DNA of 64,000 nucleotides from an uncultured bacterium (GTDB lineage Bacteria; Cyanobacteriota; Vampirovibrionia; Gastranaerophilales; Gastranaerophilaceae): NCBI GenBank assembly GCA_947073645.1, contig CAMTMK010000009.1, positions 812 to 64,811 of the forward strand, read 5' to 3'. Shown piece by piece: positions 58,536 to 64,000 of this stretch (position 1 is its first letter; each line of letters starts with the position of its first letter). The notes under the pieces were generated by a model. It saw only the letters and a program-made list of their open reading frames with translations, ran no database searches and was not told where the DNA came from. The position numbers and the translations under genes were made by a program.

Positions 58536-59282
58536 TTATTTGTAGAGCATATTTTCTATCATTTTCGTAATGTTCTTTTTTACTGCGATTTCATTGTCAG
58601 ATTTTTTCATTTCTTCTGATGTATTAATCTCTCCTGCAATAGTGAGTTCATATGTTACCGGTTTGCCGCCTGCTTCATATATCGGCTGGTTTATGAACAG
58701 AAAATCAAAATCAGTATGGTATTTCAGACAGATGATATTTACGTTTGCATTCATTGCAATTGTTCCTGCTCCTTTTTTGATTTTCGGAAACTCGTTTTTT
58801 CTGTGTCTTGTACCTGACGGAAAAATTATGATATTAAACCCTTTTTCTATCATCATTTTGGTTTGGGATTTAATACTGTCTAAATTATCGTTATCCAAAA
58901 TGAAAATTGAGCTTATGAGATTAGTCAAAATAGGGTTTTTGCTTAGAGAATGTTTTACAACACAGGTAGTGCGCGGAATTAGAGCAATGAGAATGAGAAC
59001 ATCAATAAAACTCGGATGTGTTGCTGCTATAACTTTATTTTTTATGGTAGAAATATCTTCTATATTCAAACGGATAACTTTTGTTGTTATAAGCCAATTT
59101 ACAAACCATTTCCAGCTTTTGTGAATTATATCAGAATAAAAATATAATAAATTTTCTTTTTTTATAAAGTATTTTGCAAGCGGAAATACTGTAAAATTCA
59201 AGATTACCGCACCTGCTCCAAAAATTGCAAATGATAATAAAACAAGTATTGAACGATTAAGTTTATGCATAAAATACTCCAA
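58536..59282 (-). CDS. PlsC-like acyltransferase (ApeD-like)
   Basis: ATHPSFID (HxxxxD), IFPSGTR. Confidence 0.85.
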   Translation of the reverse strand: MEYFMHKLNRSILVLLSFAIFGAGAVILNFTVFPLAKYFIKKENLLYFYSDIIHKSWKWFVNWLITTKVIRLNIEDISTIKNKVIAATHPSFIDVLILIALIPRTTCVVKHSLSKNPILTNLISSIFILDNDNLDSIKSQTKMMIEKGFNIIIFPSGTRHRKNEFPKIKKGAGTIAMNANVNIICLKYHTDFDFLFINQPIYEAGGKPVTYELTIAGEINTSEEMKKSDNEIAVKKNITKMIENMLYK

Positions 59283-59832
59283 AACTTGTTTTAAATTCTG
59301 ATTGTCCGCCTTTTAAAAATTTCAAAAATTCATCATATTCGCAAATATCTGCAAAGTACTTTTTTTTGAAGTCCACATTAATTTTCTTATTGTGAGGTGA
59401 AATTATGCAGGCTATACTTCTTTCATCGGCATAGCAGAATAGAGTTTTTTTGCCAGACAAAACAGATTTTATCAAACCTGCTGATAAACTGTTTTTTCCA
59501 GAGGAAATCGCATAATAAGGAATGTTCGTTGATTTGCTCAATGCTAAAACACCTGCCGGATAATTGTGTACGGATGCAGAAAAATATGCTGGAGAAACTT
59601 CGTTTTCTGTTGTATATTGTTCTATTAGTGAAAATAATCTTTCTGATTCACCGTATTGAGATGAAAAAACAAATTGTTCAATATCATCTTCGTAAATTTC
59701 CAATATTGCAGAAAGTGCAATTTTGTCTAACGAGCTTAGTTTGCGTCTTAACAACATTGGCAATGTTTTGATAAGCTCATTGGGTTCATTACAATATGAA
59801 AAATTTTGAATATAAAATTTAACATTTTCCAC
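59263..59832 (-). CDS. Ketosynthase chain-length factor (ApeC-like)
   Basis: MLLRRKLS, SSQYGE, SPAYFSASVHN; no catalytic Cys motif. Confidence 0.82.
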   Translation of the reverse strand: MENVKFYIQNFSYCNEPNELIKTLPMLLRRKLSSLDKIALSAILEIYEDDIEQFVFSSQYGESERLFSLIEQYTTENEVSPAYFSASVHNYPAGVLALSKSTNIPYYAISSGKNSLSAGLIKSVLSGKKTLFCYADERSIACIISPHNKKINVDFKKKYFADICEYDEFLKFLKGGQSEFKTSFGVFYA

Positions 59833-59855
59833 AAACTTATTATATAATAAAAATT

Positions 59856-60959
59856 ATGAATATTGGAATTACGGGTTATGAAGCTATATGCAATCTCGGA
59901 TACGGAATTGATGAGATTTATTCAAAAGCATCTTTCGGCGACAACAGCTGTTTTGAAATTGTGGACGGACGGAGAATAGGATGTGTTCATAGTGATTTGC
60001 CCGAGATTAAAAAAGAAGTTTTTAATACACGATGCAACAGAATGACTTTAGCCTGTTTGAATTTATTGCGTGATAAAATTGATGCAGTAATTGAAAAATA
60101 TGGAAAAGACAATATTGCAGTTGTGACGGCAACTACAAATACAGGTGTTGACGAATACGAAACGTCTAAACTTTCAGAACATTTTGAAATTGGTAATCCT
60201 GCGATGTTCATTAAAGAACATTTGGGGTTGAACAATTTTTATACATCTGTATCGACTGCGTGTTCATCGGGAATAAAGGCTTTTGCAATAGCAAGAGAGC
60301 TTATGAATATTGCAGATGCTGTTATTGTTGCCGGTGTTGACCCGATTGCAAAGCTTCCTTTGTATGGATTTGCATCTTTAGAGGTTTTGACACAAAAGCC
60401 GACAATCCCCTTTAGTAAAAATCGTGAGGGAATTAATATAGGTGAGGGAGCTGCTGTATTTATTCTTGAAAAAAATCAAGGTATTAAGGTTTTAGGAATT
60501 GGGGAAACTACAGATGTTTACCATGCAACATGTCCCGACCCATCAGCAAAAGAAGCTGTCAGGTCTGTTAAGACGGCACTTGATGAAGCAAAATGCGAAA
60601 CTGTTGATTATATAAATCTGCATGGAACGGGAACAGTTTCAAATGATTTAATGGAAGCTAATGCTATATATTCTGTTTTTAAAGATAGTGTATATTGTAG
60701 TTCGACAAAACCGCTTACAGGGCATTGTCTTGGAGCTTCTGCATCTGTTGAAACTGCGCTTTGCTGTAAACTTTTAGAGCTGGATAATCCTATTTTATAT
60801 CCTCATATTTATGATGGAATTTATGATGATGCTTTGCCGAAAATTAAATTAGTCCCGAAAAATACTTCAAAACACATCGATACTGCAATGTGTACAGCAT
60901 TTGGTTTTGGCGGAACAAATACGGCAATTATTCTCGGGAGGGAAAATTATGAATTATGA
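59856..60959 (+). CDS. Beta-ketoacyl-ACP synthase (ApeO-like)
   Basis: STACSSG, NIGEGA, NLHGTGT, TKPLTGHCLGA, FGFGG. Confidence 0.9.
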   Translation: MNIGITGYEAICNLGYGIDEIYSKASFGDNSCFEIVDGRRIGCVHSDLPEIKKEVFNTRCNRMTLACLNLLRDKIDAVIEKYGKDNIAVVTATTNTGVDEYETSKLSEHFEIGNPAMFIKEHLGLNNFYTSVSTACSSGIKAFAIARELMNIADAVIVAGVDPIAKLPLYGFASLEVLTQKPTIPFSKNREGINIGEGAAVFILEKNQGIKVLGIGETTDVYHATCPDPSAKEAVRSVKTALDEAKCETVDYINLHGTGTVSNDLMEANAIYSVFKDSVYCSSTKPLTGHCLGASASVETALCCKLLELDNPILYPHIYDGIYDDALPKIKLVPKNTSKHIDTAMCTAFGFGGTNTAIILGRENYEL

Positions 60960-61392
60960 TTTAACCAAAATTCTTCCGCATAAACCGCCGATGATTTTAA
61001 TTGATGATGTTTTGGAATATGATTTGGATGAAAAAACGCTTACGTCTGTTGTTAATATCACTGAGGATAAATTATTCTTTGATAAAACCCAAAACGGTAT
61101 AACTCCGCTTGCGGGAATAGAATTTATGGCTCAAACTATCGGCTGCTATGCTTATTTTAAGAGTAATTGCAGACCGCCTAAAATAGGTTTTTTACTTGGA
61201 TCACGACTGTATAACAACGCAATTTCTTTGTTTGAATGCGGAAAAAGCTATATTGTGAAAGTTAAAGAAATATTTACAGATAGCCAAATTGTAGCATTTG
61301 ATTGTATAATATATGATGAAGGTGATGAAATAGCAAGTGCTGCTATAAATGTGTATCAAAGTGATGATGCATTGGAGCTTATTAATGAATAA
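60949..61392 (+). CDS. Hotdog-fold 3-hydroxyacyl-ACP dehydratase (ApeP-like)
   Basis: LPHKPPMILID, IEFMAQT, GFLLGSR; ATG 60949 after GGAGGG. Confidence 0.88.
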   Translation: MNYDLTKILPHKPPMILIDDVLEYDLDEKTLTSVVNITEDKLFFDKTQNGITPLAGIEFMAQTIGCYAYFKSNCRPPKIGFLLGSRLYNNAISLFECGKSYIVKVKEIFTDSQIVAFDCIIYDEGDEIASAAINVYQSDDALELINE

Positions 61393-62107
61393 AACAATTT
61401 TAATAACAGGGTCAAGTCGCGGAATCGGTAAAGCTTCGGCTGTTATGCTGGCTCAAGCGGGATATAATATCGTTTTGCATTGCTCAAAAGATGTTTCAAG
61501 ACTTGAAAATTTAAAATCTGAAATCGAAAAATTTAATGTTACTTGCAGAACTCTTGCGTTTGATATTAAAAACAGAGCCGAAACTGAAAAAGTTCTTCTG
61601 GATGATGTTGAAAAACACGGAATATATTACGGAGTGGTTCTGAATGCGGGTATTGCAAAAGATAATCCGTTTCCCGCAATGGAAGATTTTGAATGGGATG
61701 AAGTTATAAATACAAATTTAAACGGATTTTATAATGTTTTGAAACCGCTCAGTCTGCTGATGATTCAAGCTCGTCAGGGAAGAATTATTACAATGTCTTC
61801 TATATCGGGACTTGCAGGAAATAGAGGTCAGGTTAATTACAGTGCTTCAAAAGCCGGAATTATCGGGGCAACAAAAGCGCTTGCACGTGAACTTGCAAAA
61901 CGAAAAATTACTGTAAACTGTATTGCCCCGGGGGTTATAGAATCCGATATGACACAAGATATTCCAGATGAAGTTATTAAACAAATACCGCTTAAAAGAA
62001 TGGGAAAACCGCAGGAAGTAGCAAGTCTTGTTAAATATCTTATGAGCGAAGATGCAGGATATATTACAGGGCAGGTAATTTCTGTTAACGGAGGTTTGTT
62101 GATATAA
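61385..62107 (+). CDS. fabG: 3-ketoacyl-ACP reductase (ApeQ-like FabG paralog)
   Basis: TGSSRGIG, NAG, GNRGQVNYSASK (YxxxK), GQVISVNGG. Confidence 0.88.
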   Translation: MNKTILITGSSRGIGKASAVMLAQAGYNIVLHCSKDVSRLENLKSEIEKFNVTCRTLAFDIKNRAETEKVLLDDVEKHGIYYGVVLNAGIAKDNPFPAMEDFEWDEVINTNLNGFYNVLKPLSLLMIQARQGRIITMSSISGLAGNRGQVNYSASKAGIIGATKALARELAKRKITVNCIAPGVIESDMTQDIPDEVIKQIPLKRMGKPQEVASLVKYLMSEDAGYITGQVISVNGGLLI

Positions 62108-63336
62108 TGGCAAAACGTGTTGTGATTACAGGCATGGCTCTGACATCTCCTCTTGGCTCTAATATTGGCTCTGCTTTTGAAAGACTTAAAGAATATAAAA
62201 ACTGCATAAGATACTGGACTGACTTGGACAGGTTTGATAAACTTAATACACGCCTTGTTGCAACCGTTAAAGATTTTCAAATCCCTGAACATTTTAACCG
62301 TAAAGTGCTTAGAACAATGGGACCTGTATCAATTATGGCAGTTGCAACAGCAGAACAAGCACTAAAAGATGCAGGATTGCTTGGTAATGAAATTATCTCA
62401 TCAAATCAAACAGGTGTGAGCTACGGGTCTTCAAGCGGTTCCTTTGATGCAATTTTTGATTTCTATTCAATGTATAACGATAATAATGTTAAAGTCCTGA
62501 ATTCAGGTTCTTACATTAAAATGATGCCGCAAACAACTGCCGTAAATATTTCATTGTATTTTAAAACAAACGGCAGATTAATCCCTACATCTACTGCTTG
62601 TACTTCAGGTTCTTTAGGAATAGGGTATGCATATGAGATGATAAAAAACGGTTGTCAAACGATTATGATTGCAGGCGGTGCTGACGAAATTCATCCTACT
62701 CAAATCGGTGTTTTTGATACTCTTTTTGCAACAAGTACAAAAAATGATACTCCAAATTTAACTCCGCGTCCTTTTGATAGAGATAGAGACGGGCTTGTAA
62801 TAGGTGAAGGAGCAGGAACTTTAATATTAGAAGAATATGAACACGCAGTTAACCGCGGAGCAAAAATCTATGCAGAAATTGCCGGTTTTGCAACAAATAC
62901 AGACGGTACACATATTACAAATCCGAATAAGGATATGATGCGTGAAGTTATGAAATTGTCTATGCAAGATGCAAAACTTACACCTGCAGAAATCGGATAT
63001 GTAAATGCACATGGTACTGCAACAACTCAGGGAGATATTGCGGAAACTAATGCAGTATATGAAGCATTTAACAAATCAGTTCCGATATCTACTCTAAAAA
63101 GTTATATAGGGCATACACTCGGAGCCTGCGGTGCAATTGAAACAATATTGTCAATACAAATGCTTAATAATAATTGGTATTGTCCGACTTTAAACCTCGA
63201 AAATATTGATTCACAATGTGCAGTAGAATTGGATTATATTGTTAATTCCGCACGTACAATTGATACAGAATTTATAATGACAAATAATTTTGCATTTGGC
63301 GGTATTAATACTTCAATTATTTTGAAAAAAGTTTAA
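62107..63336 (+). CDS. Beta-ketoacyl-ACP synthase (ApeR-like)
   Basis: STACTSG, NAHGTAT, KSYIGHTLGACG, NNFAFGG. Confidence 0.9.
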   Translation: MAKRVVITGMALTSPLGSNIGSAFERLKEYKNCIRYWTDLDRFDKLNTRLVATVKDFQIPEHFNRKVLRTMGPVSIMAVATAEQALKDAGLLGNEIISSNQTGVSYGSSSGSFDAIFDFYSMYNDNNVKVLNSGSYIKMMPQTTAVNISLYFKTNGRLIPTSTACTSGSLGIGYAYEMIKNGCQTIMIAGGADEIHPTQIGVFDTLFATSTKNDTPNLTPRPFDRDRDGLVIGEGAGTLILEEYEHAVNRGAKIYAEIAGFATNTDGTHITNPNKDMMREVMKLSMQDAKLTPAEIGYVNAHGTATTQGDIAETNAVYEAFNKSVPISTLKSYIGHTLGACGAIETILSIQMLNNNWYCPTLNLENIDSQCAVELDYIVNSARTIDTEFIMTNNFAFGGINTSIILKKV

Positions 63337-63347
63337 GGAGAAAGATT

Positions 63348-63662
63348 ATGAAGAAGAGTTTTTTATTATTAATATTTGCTATATTTGTATCATTACCTGT
63401 TTTCTCTATGAGTGATAATGCTAAAGCTGAAATTGAAGTTTTAAAACGTCAAAAAAATATTAAACAAAGAATTATTAATGAAAAAATTAAAGAAAAAGAA
63501 GAAGCTATGGAAACAATACTTTATGATAATTCTCTGACTGATTCTGAAAAAACTAAACAACTTGTAATTATCAAGCATGATTTAAAACAATTGTATAAAC
63601 AAAAACAAACTTTGCATGATGATTATATGAAATCTAAGAAAATAATTAAACGAAATTATTAA
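63348..63662 (+). CDS. Exported coiled-coil hypothetical protein
   Basis: AGGAG RBS; signal peptide; Lys-rich helical body. Confidence 0.7.
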   Translation: MKKSFLLLIFAIFVSLPVFSMSDNAKAEIEVLKRQKNIKQRIINEKIKEKEEAMETILYDNSLTDSEKTKQLVIIKHDLKQLYKQKQTLHDDYMKSKKIIKRNY

Positions 63663-63731
63663 TTTAATACATATAATAGAGGGGATTATCCTGTTTATTC
63701 AAAAAGACTATGTAAAGCCTTTGAATATTAA

Positions 63732-64000
63732 TGGTGGAGACGAGGGGAGTCGAACCCCTGTCCAAAATGGATCTTGATAAATCTCTACGAGTGTATATTT
63801 TCTATTGGCTCAACTGATTCAGGAAAAAATCTAAAACCTTATAAATCAGCCCTAGGTTTTATTTGAAGGAAACTCTAAACCTTGCAACGTTATCTTGATG
63901 CATCTACATTGCTTTAATGCACTGCGTCTTGCATGATTGACCCATAAAGTCGGCAAGCTGGACTCTATGAGTAGCTATAATTAGCGACTAAGCTGCTAAA
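63732..64000 (-). ncRNA. ssrA: tmRNA, 3' part (5' end beyond window)
   Basis: Minus strand ends GACAGGGGTTCGACTCCCCTCGTCTCCACCA; tag reading frame ends TTA GCA GCT TAG (LAA*) at 63999-63988. Confidence 0.93.

Noticed and set aside
51703-63760. PKS cluster as an island integrated at the tmRNA 3' end
   Set aside because: It is adjacent to ssrA, a common integration site, but I found no duplicated ssrA 3' fragment, no integrase and no obvious composition shift; adjacency alone is insufficient.

Overview
AT-rich bacterial chromosome window. It is probably from a non-photosynthetic Cyanobacteriota (Vampirovibrionia/Gastranaerophilales-like); this is an inference from the FTLAEVLITLGIIG pilin-like family, the cyanobacterial-style housekeeping genes and the low GC. 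The housekeeping backbone is fabG-acpP-fabF, a tRNA nucleotidyltransferase, thrC, hom, tRNA-Arg(UCU), alaS-dut, GH57, pabA/pabB-pabC and the 3' part of tmRNA. Main accessory content: (1) an AT-rich cassette at the tRNA-Arg 3' end encoding a MuF-like/serum-amyloid-A-like fusion, split by one in-frame TAG and followed by two small Cys-motif immunity-like genes; (2) four G10 tracts, all in surface-structure genes (leader peptides of two pilin-like genes, currently out of frame, and domain junctions of two glycan-modifying genes), consistent with slipped-strand phase variation; (3) a 14-gene aryl-polyene-like type II PKS cluster (51.7-63.3 kb); (4) an unannotated 21-codon Ibs-like peptide with an antisense promoter, a candidate type I toxin-antitoxin locus; (5) a shuffled GT2/TupA-like ATP-grasp glycan locus and a compact ArsR/P1B-ATPase module. 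No CRISPR array, integrase, transposase or rRNA was seen. All calls are from motif recognition by eye; no searches were run.
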